DNA of 64,000 nt from a virus. Both the position numbers and the translations under genes were made by a program. Numbering within the stretch: position 1 is the first letter of the stretch; the number at the start of each line of letters is the position of its first letter. Positions 19,357 to 28,244 of this stretch are shown here, one piece after another. The notes under the pieces are model-generated. The model was not told the DNA's origin. It searched no databases and worked only from the letters and a program-made list of their open reading frames with translations. The stretch lies in the IMG/VR virus record IMGVR_UViG_3300044957_000619. The stretch is one strand, 5' to 3'.

Positions 19357-19385
19357 ATAATAAGAAAAAAATGTTAAGAATCCAA
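19357..19385 (-). promoter_or_regulatory. Promoter TTGGAT-N17-TATTAT
   Basis: -10 box 6 nt upstream of the ATG at 19350. Confidence 0.6.
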
Positions 19386-20006
19386 GCCGTTGATGTCTAT
19401 GGGTACAGAATAATCTGTATCAGTATAAAACTCTGTTAGATTTGTTAGAATTAAAGATAGATCTGGTATAACTAAACTTGCATTTGAAATTGCTTCTTTA
19501 TTTTTTGACATGGAACCTGGAATAAAAACTCCGCGCATTGTTATATCTTCAATGTTTCCTGTAATAAACCATTGAAGTTGTGTTGCAACGTGCATTTTTT
19601 TATCAATCGTATTTGCCGACCACTTTTCATATGTTGATTGATTTATTTCTAAAACTGTTGGATCGTTAATTCGTTGAATAAAATATCGAGTAATATAACC
19701 ATTAGTAATATCAGCTTTCGTAACAGTCGGACTAGATGCATATGGAGTTTGATATTGAACGTTAATATCTGGTTTTAACAATCGATATTGAGCCGTTGCG
19801 GTATTATAATTTATAAGTGGAAGTAATCGTTTTGATATTTTATTATTCCATACAGAATTCGTATATCGTTCGCCCGTTGTATATGCATGATATGCACCAA
19901 TATATTCTACGCGATCGTCAGTCATGAATTCACTACCACTCGTATACAAATTGTTAGTGATTTCATCTGCCGTATAAAATGTTTTTAATCTAGCCATATT
20001 ATTCAA
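19374..20006 (-). CDS. Hypothetical tail/baseplate-associated protein
   Basis: NLYTSGSEF...YIGAYH...ITRYFIQR; last gene of the tail operon. Confidence 0.55.
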   Translation of the reverse strand: MNNMARLKTFYTADEITNNLYTSGSEFMTDDRVEYIGAYHAYTTGERYTNSVWNNKISKRLLPLINYNTATAQYRLLKPDINVQYQTPYASSPTVTKADITNGYITRYFIQRINDPTVLEINQSTYEKWSANTIDKKMHVATQLQWFITGNIEDITMRGVFIPGSMSKNKEAISNASLVIPDLSLILTNLTEFYTDTDYSVPIDINGLDS

Positions 20007-22257
20007 TACTTGGTCGTTGTATACATGTTATTTGAGTTTTCCATTCTCCTTGATTTGATACAGTATGGTTAATACTTATTATACTAAATACCGTATTAAC
20101 ACGATATTTTGTAGGTAATGCATCAAATGTTAAAACATCTCCATATCGAAATCCATTAATACCATCAATTGTAAAATTTACAGTAAATGGAAATATTGGA
20201 GCAGTAAGTAAATTAGTATTTTTAATATCATCTGTTGGATATTGAACATATTTTTTTAGTGCTTTAATTAATTCAGCTTGCACTGATGGCACATCGGGTG
20301 ATTGTCCAAATTTAGTTTTTGCATCTGATAACTCTTTAGCAGCTCGAACATGTTGTTGATTATATTGTGCTAAAATTCGATTCACAGCATCAACATTTTT
20401 TCCATTATACATAAAATTTAAATATGGAGCAATGTCTTCTTCCGATACATCTGAACTAGAATTTAAAACATATGATAGATTTTTTGCAGATTCTGGTAAT
20501 TTTGCATCGAATTGAAAATCATGTACAATTGTACCATACGGATGATTTGCAAACATCGGTACTGAAAATGGTATTACTTTTGTAGTATCAGCCGGTGTTC
20601 GTATAAATTTACTATCTGTTAAAAACAATTTGGAGGTATCATATGGATATGTGACGAGCGTTAAATTAATAGAATTACCTGATGCTTCTAGTATTTTTTC
20701 ACATAGTTTGCTAATAAAAACAGATACTGAAAAAGATTGTGTATTTTTTTGACTTAAATTATTAACTAACGATTCAATTGTTTCTAAATTTATGAATATT
20801 CTAGAAGGATATATCTTACCTGACCCATCTGGACTTTTTTCATAAACTCCAGGCCATTCTTTAAATAAACCTTTTTGTTGCAATACGGCCGAATTAACGG
20901 CATTTTCATCTATCTGTTTAATTACATCATTATAATATACCAAATTGCCATATACATTATAATCTTGCGGCACATCTATAACTAATACACTTGCATTAAT
21001 ATTTGGATTTTTTGGTAAAAATAGTATTTCATCCGGATTAGCAGATACTAATAATGGATGATAAACACTAAAACATTCAATATCCGTACAAATTATTTGA
21101 GCCCCAGGTAGTTTAGATAAAACATAACTATTAATATGCTGAATTAATGCACCTAATGTTATATATCTAGAATCATTAGATAGTGTTGTTGGATTAGTTG
21201 GTACCGTGTTAACATTTGCCACTGACGGTAAAATTTGTTGAAATGCTGAAAATTGTTCGCCTTTTAAAATAAAATGATCTGTTGCTGCAGGAGATGGTAA
21301 TTTTGCATCAATATATGGAATTAAAAATTTAGTTAATTTTGGTGCTGCCGGATCTGCAGCTTTAAATTGACCAATTAGTTCTTCAAATCTATCGTATAAT
21401 ATACCATAAAATTCTTTTGAGTTAGTGTCTGGTATTGTTGCTGCAATTGCAGTCCCAGAATCAGCTTCTGCAGTGCCAGCTTTTGCTGTATCAATATACA
21501 TTGAAAGATTTGTATATACATTACTAGTACCGGTTAGATTAACATCTACTTCGATAGTACCATCTTTAGTATAAGAAAAAGAAAATGATGTAATTAAACC
21601 TTCAAATACAAATCTACGCATTTCGCGCGCTTCTTGTTCTAGTTCTTGAATGTTCCAGTCTGGATATAAACTTTTTAATTTTTCACGATTTGGTATAACT
21701 AGTTTAGTTAATAATCCATAATTCGTATTTACTCCAGATGCAATCGCAGTCGATGGGTGTACTATTTCAATTCTAGCATATCTGCCTGGACGCATCCATG
21801 TTTCTTCAAATATGTCCAAATCTCGATCTGGGTTAGGTATTACGGTTCGGAATGATGCCTTATTCAAAAGTCCCATTGAATGGTCTCCAATTGATACATC
21901 TACTGTAGTAATAAATGGACCTGTTCTAGTACTATTATCTGTCCACGTTGACCCCGATAATGATGCCTGTCCCGTTACCGAATTAAATGCTAATTCAGAA
22001 CGACTATATTTTCTGTTTGGCATTAAATATCCATCTGGGCCTGTTGGTAAATAACGCCCTTCTCGTACAGTATTGCCGCCCAATCTACCTACTAATGTAG
22101 ATTTAGAACTAGTTGTTTCATATGCACTGATTTCAACATTTGCAATTTTAGATAACATAAAATTTAATGAATCATTATCTCGTACGAGAAATGATTGTCC
22201 TCGTGCTCGTAACTCTGTTATTAAATTTTTATCAACCTCTGAATAAAATATGTTCAT
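19999..22257 (-). CDS. Putative baseplate hub protein
   Basis: FEGLITSFSFS near the N-terminus; IDGINGFRYGD...INHTVS..EWKT C-terminus; position in the operon. Confidence 0.55.
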   Translation of the reverse strand: MNIFYSEVDKNLITELRARGQSFLVRDNDSLNFMLSKIANVEISAYETTSSKSTLVGRLGGNTVREGRYLPTGPDGYLMPNRKYSRSELAFNSVTGQASLSGSTWTDNSTRTGPFITTVDVSIGDHSMGLLNKASFRTVIPNPDRDLDIFEETWMRPGRYARIEIVHPSTAIASGVNTNYGLLTKLVIPNREKLKSLYPDWNIQELEQEAREMRRFVFEGLITSFSFSYTKDGTIEVDVNLTGTSNVYTNLSMYIDTAKAGTAEADSGTAIAATIPDTNSKEFYGILYDRFEELIGQFKAADPAAPKLTKFLIPYIDAKLPSPAATDHFILKGEQFSAFQQILPSVANVNTVPTNPTTLSNDSRYITLGALIQHINSYVLSKLPGAQIICTDIECFSVYHPLLVSANPDEILFLPKNPNINASVLVIDVPQDYNVYGNLVYYNDVIKQIDENAVNSAVLQQKGLFKEWPGVYEKSPDGSGKIYPSRIFINLETIESLVNNLSQKNTQSFSVSVFISKLCEKILEASGNSINLTLVTYPYDTSKLFLTDSKFIRTPADTTKVIPFSVPMFANHPYGTIVHDFQFDAKLPESAKNLSYVLNSSSDVSEEDIAPYLNFMYNGKNVDAVNRILAQYNQQHVRAAKELSDAKTKFGQSPDVPSVQAELIKALKKYVQYPTDDIKNTNLLTAPIFPFTVNFTIDGINGFRYGDVLTFDALPTKYRVNTVFSIISINHTVSNQGEWKTQITCIQRPSIE

Positions 22258-22259
22258 TC

Positions 22260-22556
22260 TTATCTTATATTTACATTATTAATTATTTGTTGATAGTTTG
22301 ATTTACTTGGAATTCGCAATGGTCTATTTGCCGGGACCATTAATGAACCTCTACCTAAACCATTTGCTGCAGCAATTATCCACCATAATGTAGGATCTTG
22401 ATAAAAACGATATGCTAGATTGTCTAATCGTTCTACGCTAGTAGTTCGTATAAATATATCTGCTGGTGATAATGGCAATGCTGGAATTATTGTAGATGCA
22501 AATCTACGTTTTTCGTTGACATCTTGAATTGTTTGTGTTGTGCTATATCTACTCAT
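22260..22556 (-). CDS. Baseplate wedge LysM-like protein (gp53/tail X-like)
   Basis: RLDNLAYRFYQDPTLWWIIAAAN...LRIP. Confidence 0.8.
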   Translation of the reverse strand: MSRYSTTQTIQDVNEKRRFASTIIPALPLSPADIFIRTTSVERLDNLAYRFYQDPTLWWIIAAANGLGRGSLMVPANRPLRIPSKSNYQQIINNVNIR

Positions 22557-22562
22557 AAAATT

Positions 22563-24971
22563 TTAATTTGAAAAATTAATTAAACCAGTATTATTAACTA
22601 CTGAATTTATGTCGCGTTTCCGGGGTTCGTATGTGGTAAGTTTCACTGCTTTATCTACCGTTTTATCTTTTTCCAATTTAAATGTTTCTTGTTGTTTCAT
22701 TTCAACAACGGTATTAACATTATCTCTAAAATCACTTAACCAGTTATCACTTCCTCGTTTTGGTGTGCCTGTTTCATCAAATCGTTTAGCCAATGTATAG
22801 AAACGACCACCTTTCTGCGGCATATAATCACTAATCATATTAAATTGTAACGAAACGCCGATTTTTAATGGCACTTGCATCATGGTTGGATCTTCTTCAA
22901 TGTTAATTTCCCATGGAGCATCCATTGCAAATTGATATGATAATGACGTTAACGTTACTGGTTGTTGTACAAATAAATCTCCAATTGTAATTCGCATCCA
23001 TGAGGCAATCATTGCAATTGATTCCGGGTCATATGTTGGTGCAGTATACCCAGCAAGTGCGTTTAATTTACGCCAAATTGGTTTTACTTCATCTCTATCA
23101 GTTGCATAAATATCAAATGATACACTAACATCGCGCGTCATTCCTGTATATATGTAATTTGGATCTGCTCGACCTATCATTGTTACGGGAGTCCAATTGG
23201 ATTGAAATGAATCATCTAAATTTGTTATGTGTGCCCTAAATACAATAATGTCATCAGCATTTGGATCATCTAAAAAATTAGAAAGATACCCGTCTGGATC
23301 TGCAAACGCATCTCGGCCTTGGAGCCCATTATGTAATTTAGGTCCTGTTAGATAAAACTTTATAAAATCTTGCGTTAATGATTGTTTATCAAAAAGCTCT
23401 AATGCTCGTTTAGGTTTCCATCGATATGCATCTTTAAGTGTGCGTTTACCAAAATCAATAACTGTAACTTTGTCTCCCCGAAATGGTGTTACTAATTCGG
23501 TTGGATTGAGTGTTGGGCCCCAACGGCCGCGATCTAAAAGTACACTTTTATATAATATATTTCCGTTTGCATCTCGTTCAGTAAATGAATATGGAGTTAT
23601 TTTTGTTCGCCATACTGTAGCTACATGACTTCGTATAGTAAAATCGTTTCGGAATGCATCTGGATTATCGTGATCTCCATAACCATACCCAGTATTACCA
23701 AAACCATCTAAATTAAATACGCTATATGGACCAACGGGCGTTGCGGCAGCTGCTGCATACGCTATAGATTTCCATGATTTTTCCATACCCAAACGTGTTG
23801 ATGCAGCCAAACCATCAATTCTTCTACTAGTAAAATATGCAATTGTTTGATTTGTAGTTTGAAATGTTGAATTAGTTTCATTAAACAAATCGCCTTCTGG
23901 AAACGTAAACGTAGATCTAAAATCTGGATACTTTATCCATTGTCTAATTCCTTGTCGCGTTAAACGATCTTTAGCTAATGTTAAATAAGAATTAGTTGAA
24001 TCAAACATTCCTGCAGCTGTTTGACCTACTTGACCAATTTGTGGTATTCCTGATATAGATCCTAGCAATGACGATGCATATCCAATTGCATTTCCTACTA
24101 TGCTTTTAGGCGTAATGTTTGTATTAATTCCAACAGCAGGATCTACGTTAATTTTTGGAGAAAAATTATTTGTAAATTGTGATATAAATACCTGCTCATT
24201 TGTAAATTCATTTGTTCCAACAACCCCAGGATTTTCAGAGCCAGGTGCGTAAGTATTATTAACTAATGTTGGATTTGCTTGAGACTGCGATAATGCAGGA
24301 AATCCACCTTGTTGTACTCCATTAAATGGATTAGGAATAAAATCATTGCTTGATGTATAATTAAATGTTGGTTCAGTTCCTAGTACAGTTGTGGGAGTAA
24401 ATTGCGTCGATGCAATAGTTGGATTAGGAATAAAATCATTGCTTGATGTATAATTAAATGTTGGTTCAGTTCCTAGTACAGTTGTGGGAGTAAATTGCGT
24501 CGATGCAATAGTTGGATTAGGAATAAAATCATTGCTTGATGTATAATTAAACGTATCATATTGCCCTAATGTTAATGATTGCGTAAATTGTTGCATCGAT
24601 GGCAACATGGTATTAGGTGTTATGATATCATTGCTTGTTACATAGTTAAATGTATCATATTGTCCCAATGTAATAGGTTGAGAAAACTGTGCAATGCCTA
24701 TAGTTGGATTTGTATATATCGTATCTGGCAATATGTTATATGTATTAAATTGTCCCAATACTAACGGTGTTGCAAATTGTGCAGGTGCATTTATAGTTGC
24801 ATTTGTAAATATCGTATCTGGTAAAATATTATACGTATCATATTGTCCTAATATTAAAGGCGTCGTGAATTGTGATAAAGCTACATTTGTAGGATTAGTA
24901 TATATCATATCCGGTATAATATTATACGGAGCATTAAATTGTGATGGTGCTTGCGTAGTTGGATTGATCAT
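22563..24971 (-). CDS. Baseplate/tube-initiator-like protein with a repetitive N-terminal extension
   Basis: C-terminal FRAHITNLDDSF.SNW...GRAD..YIY.G..RDVSVSF; N-terminal ~30-aa repeats. Confidence 0.6.
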   Translation of the reverse strand: MINPTTQAPSQFNAPYNIIPDMIYTNPTNVALSQFTTPLILGQYDTYNILPDTIFTNATINAPAQFATPLVLGQFNTYNILPDTIYTNPTIGIAQFSQPITLGQYDTFNYVTSNDIITPNTMLPSMQQFTQSLTLGQYDTFNYTSSNDFIPNPTIASTQFTPTTVLGTEPTFNYTSSNDFIPNPTIASTQFTPTTVLGTEPTFNYTSSNDFIPNPFNGVQQGGFPALSQSQANPTLVNNTYAPGSENPGVVGTNEFTNEQVFISQFTNNFSPKINVDPAVGINTNITPKSIVGNAIGYASSLLGSISGIPQIGQVGQTAAGMFDSTNSYLTLAKDRLTRQGIRQWIKYPDFRSTFTFPEGDLFNETNSTFQTTNQTIAYFTSRRIDGLAASTRLGMEKSWKSIAYAAAAATPVGPYSVFNLDGFGNTGYGYGDHDNPDAFRNDFTIRSHVATVWRTKITPYSFTERDANGNILYKSVLLDRGRWGPTLNPTELVTPFRGDKVTVIDFGKRTLKDAYRWKPKRALELFDKQSLTQDFIKFYLTGPKLHNGLQGRDAFADPDGYLSNFLDDPNADDIIVFRAHITNLDDSFQSNWTPVTMIGRADPNYIYTGMTRDVSVSFDIYATDRDEVKPIWRKLNALAGYTAPTYDPESIAMIASWMRITIGDLFVQQPVTLTSLSYQFAMDAPWEINIEEDPTMMQVPLKIGVSLQFNMISDYMPQKGGRFYTLAKRFDETGTPKRGSDNWLSDFRDNVNTVVEMKQQETFKLEKDKTVDKAVKLTTYEPRKRDINSVVNNTGLINFSN
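24328..24551. repeat. 93-bp perfect tandem repeat (~2.4 copies), coding
   Basis: Units start at 24328, 24421 and 24514; encodes FNYTSSNDFIPNPTIASTQFTPTTVLGTEPT. Confidence 0.92.
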
Positions 24972-24975
24972 GATA

Positions 24976-26607
24976 TTATCCGTAATATGAATTTGTTAAA
25001 CCTCGACCAAATACTGGATCAGCTTTTAATTCTCGAGTTTGATTGTTAATTGCATTCACTATGGCCGCAGCCATTTGTGCAACTGCTTGACTGTTACTAC
25101 CATTAGAACCGCCAAATAAATTTGTACCGCCGACTACTAAATCATTATCATTGATTGACATTGCACCAGCTGGACCTAATAACATTCTGCCAGTGCCTCC
25201 AAATGATGCAAAGTCATCAGCTTCGTCAGCTGCAACAACTGCAACTGGTAATGGATTTGTTTTACTAATTGATTTACCACCACCAATAACATCTAAAAAT
25301 GCGTCGCCGATGATACCGGGCAAGCTTTTTATTGCTGTAGCCGTTTTTAATGCTGTATTTATAGCTGCTGCACCATATGCTGTTTTGACGCCTGATTGTA
25401 AAGTTGAAGCTGCGTACTGTGCTGTGCCAATTCTAAGTCCACGTTGGTCCGCTGCAATTGCTTCAGAACTCACACCGGTATCTAATATAGCCTTTATGCC
25501 TCCAGTTACTAATTGATCTTCAATATCTTTTAATATTTTCTCAGTTGAACGTTGATCATCTGCTTCGAGTGTTGCAGCAATTGCTGCAGCATTTGTTGCA
25601 GTTGATACTGTAGCAAGTTGGGCCATTAATGCATCCCCAGTAAGACCAAATAAGTCTTTTGCTCCGGGTAAATCTTGAATTGCTTCATATTTTTGAAGCA
25701 TTGTAGATAACGTTGCTTCATCTATGCCCATTAATTCAGCCATTTTTTGTCGAGCAAACATATTTTGCCGCAATGTTTTGCCTTCTTTCTGAAGTATTTC
25801 ATACATTATATCAGCTTGTTTGGTTGAATTTCCTTGTAATTCTGCCATACGATATTGATTGGTTAAACTTTCTCCATTATTATCAACTAATCGGCGACCA
25901 GTTAATAATTGATACTCCATTTCTTGACCGATACTTGATTCAATATTTAATAAATTTTGTCCTGCACTGTGCAATGTAGACATTGAAATACCAAGTTGTT
26001 TGGCTTTAATTACAGATAATTCTAATTGTCCTGGCATCCGGTCGTATTGAATTTGTATATCTGAAGTTAAATTTGCAACATCCGTTAATGTTTCTGTTGT
26101 TAATTCAATACCACCTAAGCTAGCTTCTATTGCATTGGTTATCGCAACGCGTTTAGCAATTTCATCGTCTGCATTTTTTCCAGCGCGATATGATGCTTGA
26201 ATCAATTTATTTGTTGCCGTCCCCGTTAACCCGTAATTTTTTAATAGCATATCACTTGCTTTGATCAATGATTTACCAAACGTATTGGTAGCTAAATCAT
26301 TTAAAGTTGCAAATGGGCCAATCAAACCTTTAAGATTTTGGGTGATTGCGCGCATAGCATCGCCACCTATGCCGAAACTTGCAGCTGCTCTATCCATGGA
26401 TTCGCCCAATTTAGCTGCTTGTATTACAGTTAGGTTGAATGATTTGGCTAGATCGGCATTTCGACGTTCGATAACATCATATGCTTTAGTTAAGTCTGTT
26501 ACTTGGTTGTACGCGGTTTGCAATGCACCTATAGAACGATCCATTGCAAGACCTCTTTGAGCATTTGCTAAATTAGTTAAGTCACTAATAAGACCACCAC
26601 CGGGCAT
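24976..26607 (-). CDS. Tape-measure-like protein
   Basis: Ala/Gln-rich and helical, LLNIESSIGQEMEYQLLTG; follows the tail chaperone genes. Confidence 0.7.
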   Translation of the reverse strand: MPGGGLISDLTNLANAQRGLAMDRSIGALQTAYNQVTDLTKAYDVIERRNADLAKSFNLTVIQAAKLGESMDRAAASFGIGGDAMRAITQNLKGLIGPFATLNDLATNTFGKSLIKASDMLLKNYGLTGTATNKLIQASYRAGKNADDEIAKRVAITNAIEASLGGIELTTETLTDVANLTSDIQIQYDRMPGQLELSVIKAKQLGISMSTLHSAGQNLLNIESSIGQEMEYQLLTGRRLVDNNGESLTNQYRMAELQGNSTKQADIMYEILQKEGKTLRQNMFARQKMAELMGIDEATLSTMLQKYEAIQDLPGAKDLFGLTGDALMAQLATVSTATNAAAIAATLEADDQRSTEKILKDIEDQLVTGGIKAILDTGVSSEAIAADQRGLRIGTAQYAASTLQSGVKTAYGAAAINTALKTATAIKSLPGIIGDAFLDVIGGGKSISKTNPLPVAVVAADEADDFASFGGTGRMLLGPAGAMSINDNDLVVGGTNLFGGSNGSNSQAVAQMAAAIVNAINNQTRELKADPVFGRGLTNSYYG

Positions 26608-26645
26608 AATTTACTTCTTTAATAATAAATATATGATTTATTTTT

Positions 26646-26894
26646 TTATGTTGTTTTCTTTGATTTTGCAACAACCTTACGAGATTCGGTTATTTCATTG
26701 ATTTTTTTAATCCAAAAATTTCGTAAAAAAATAGGCATATTGTAAACAGTATCCCAATCCCAACGGCCTTCGCCGAACCAAATCATATTAAAAATAGTAT
26801 CATGTAATTGAATGCGATATGTAGAATCAAAACCAAAAAAGGTCAGATCCAATTGGAAACATGGATTTGAAGGTGCTCCCATCTTCACCTTCAA
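26646..26894 (-). CDS. Tail assembly chaperone C-terminal extension (probable frameshift product)
   Basis: YRIQLHDTIF...WDWDTVYNMPIFLRNFWIKKI overlaps the upstream stop in the +1 frame. Confidence 0.6.
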   Translation of the reverse strand: MKVKMGAPSNPCFQLDLTFFGFDSTYRIQLHDTIFNMIWFGEGRWDWDTVYNMPIFLRNFWIKKINEITESRKVVAKSKKTT

Positions 26895-27588
26895 AATTTA
26901 TTTCATAATCAATACCTGGGGCATTTGATTTAACATACTCACGAAAACGTTTTGCATCTCGTGCTAAAAAATCATATCGTATAAATTGATCAATAACAGA
27001 ACGTTCTCGAATTCCATTAACTTCTGTAATTAGATTTGTAATTAATTGAGTTACGGTATCATTGTCAACTTGCGAAGATGGATATGAAAATTTAATTGTT
27101 GTTTCTTCATTTACTTTATATGAAAATTCTCCATTATCGTCACTGACTAAGTCGAAAGGTTTAAATTGTACTTCTGTTAAATCAACGATACGATTTAACA
27201 TTTTTTTTGTTTTAGGATCTTGAATTTTAACTGCATACTCTGGACCATATGCCATTATTCGTGCATGTAAAATTAATCCATCTTTGTCTACTGCACAAAT
27301 ATCATTAATATTAATTGGCGTTAAAATAATTGATTCTAATAATTTATCAAAAACAACGCCTTCGGTAATATATGATGCATTAGTTAAAATATCTTCATCA
27401 TACGCAGTCATATAACGCATTTCTAATTGACCGCTACGCAATGGATGATTTTTTGGATAAATTTTACCACCGGATGCTAATTTAACAATAACTGATGGTA
27501 ATTTGCTTTTTTGTTTGTTTTCGTATTGCTGCCGTGCAATGTTTACTAGGTCTTGATTACCTAATCGTGTTGTGACTTTATTATCCAT
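26827..27588 (-). CDS. T4 gp26-like baseplate hub assembly / tail chaperone protein
   Basis: LASGGKIY, MRYMTAYDEDILT, DKDGLI..ARI.AYG, PGID...LFW. Confidence 0.75.
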   Translation of the reverse strand: MDNKVTTRLGNQDLVNIARQQYENKQKSKLPSVIVKLASGGKIYPKNHPLRSGQLEMRYMTAYDEDILTNASYITEGVVFDKLLESIILTPININDICAVDKDGLILHARIMAYGPEYAVKIQDPKTKKMLNRIVDLTEVQFKPFDLVSDDNGEFSYKVNEETTIKFSYPSSQVDNDTVTQLITNLITEVNGIRERSVIDQFIRYDFLARDAKRFREYVKSNAPGIDYEINFEGEDGSTFKSMFPIGSDLFWF

Positions 27589-27610
27589 TTTTTCCTTTTT
27601 ATAACTTTTT

Positions 27611-27632
27611 AAAAAAAGGGGCCGAAGCCCCT
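27611..27632 (-). terminator. Intrinsic terminator with a cUUCGg tetraloop after the tube gene
   Basis: GGGGC-TTCG-GCCCC-T7. Confidence 0.9.
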
Positions 27633-27645
27633 ATATAATTTTGTA

Positions 27646-28167
27646 TTAGAAGCTTAAGAATGCCCAATCGTAACGTACTGATATATTTATTTCTTGTACT
27701 CCATCATTTCCCCAATCATAAGCACCAAATTCTGCAGACACTAAAAATGCACCATTTAAAATCCATTCTTCAACTGTTTCACCTAATGGTGATAGTTGAG
27801 ATAATTTAATTTGTTTTTTATAGAAAGATGAATACCCATCTCGTCCGGTCGAAGATTCATGATGTAAACGAATCCATTCCATTACAGCTTGTGCGCCAGA
27901 TGGAACAATTGGATCATATAGTGTCATAGATATTTCGTTCCACTCTGATTTTCCTTTAACATATCGTTTAATGTTAATCATATCAAGCGTAACCTCGCCG
28001 TTATTGATTGTAGGTTTAGCTGATGTTTTTATTAAATATGCAGGGATATCTGGAACTGATAATATGAACTGATGCTGTCTTTTCGGCTCCCAAGAAAACG
28101 CCCTATCGAATAATTGCTCTTGACCTGCAATTGCTAAGCTAGGATTTCTGTTATCATACAATGCCAT
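27646..28167 (-). CDS. Tail tube protein (gp19-like)
   Basis: WEPKRQHQF, YVKGKSEW, YDPIVPSGAQAVMEW, EEWIL.GAF. Confidence 0.9.
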   Translation of the reverse strand: MALYDNRNPSLAIAGQEQLFDRAFSWEPKRQHQFILSVPDIPAYLIKTSAKPTINNGEVTLDMINIKRYVKGKSEWNEISMTLYDPIVPSGAQAVMEWIRLHHESSTGRDGYSSFYKKQIKLSQLSPLGETVEEWILNGAFLVSAEFGAYDWGNDGVQEINISVRYDWAFLSF

Positions 28168-28205
28168 GTTCGTATTCCTTTTTTTATATAAATATGATGA
28201 TCAGT

Positions 28206-28235
28206 AAAAAAGGTAGAACCGAAATTCTACCTTTT
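28206..28235 (-). terminator. Intrinsic terminator after the sheath gene
   Basis: AGGTAGAA/TTCTACCT stem, TTTCGG loop, T tract. Confidence 0.85.
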
Positions 28236-28244
28236 AATGTTAAT

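Noticed and set aside
24328-24551. 93-bp repeats as a CRISPR array
   Set aside because: The copies are contiguous and in frame, with no unique spacers and no cas genes.
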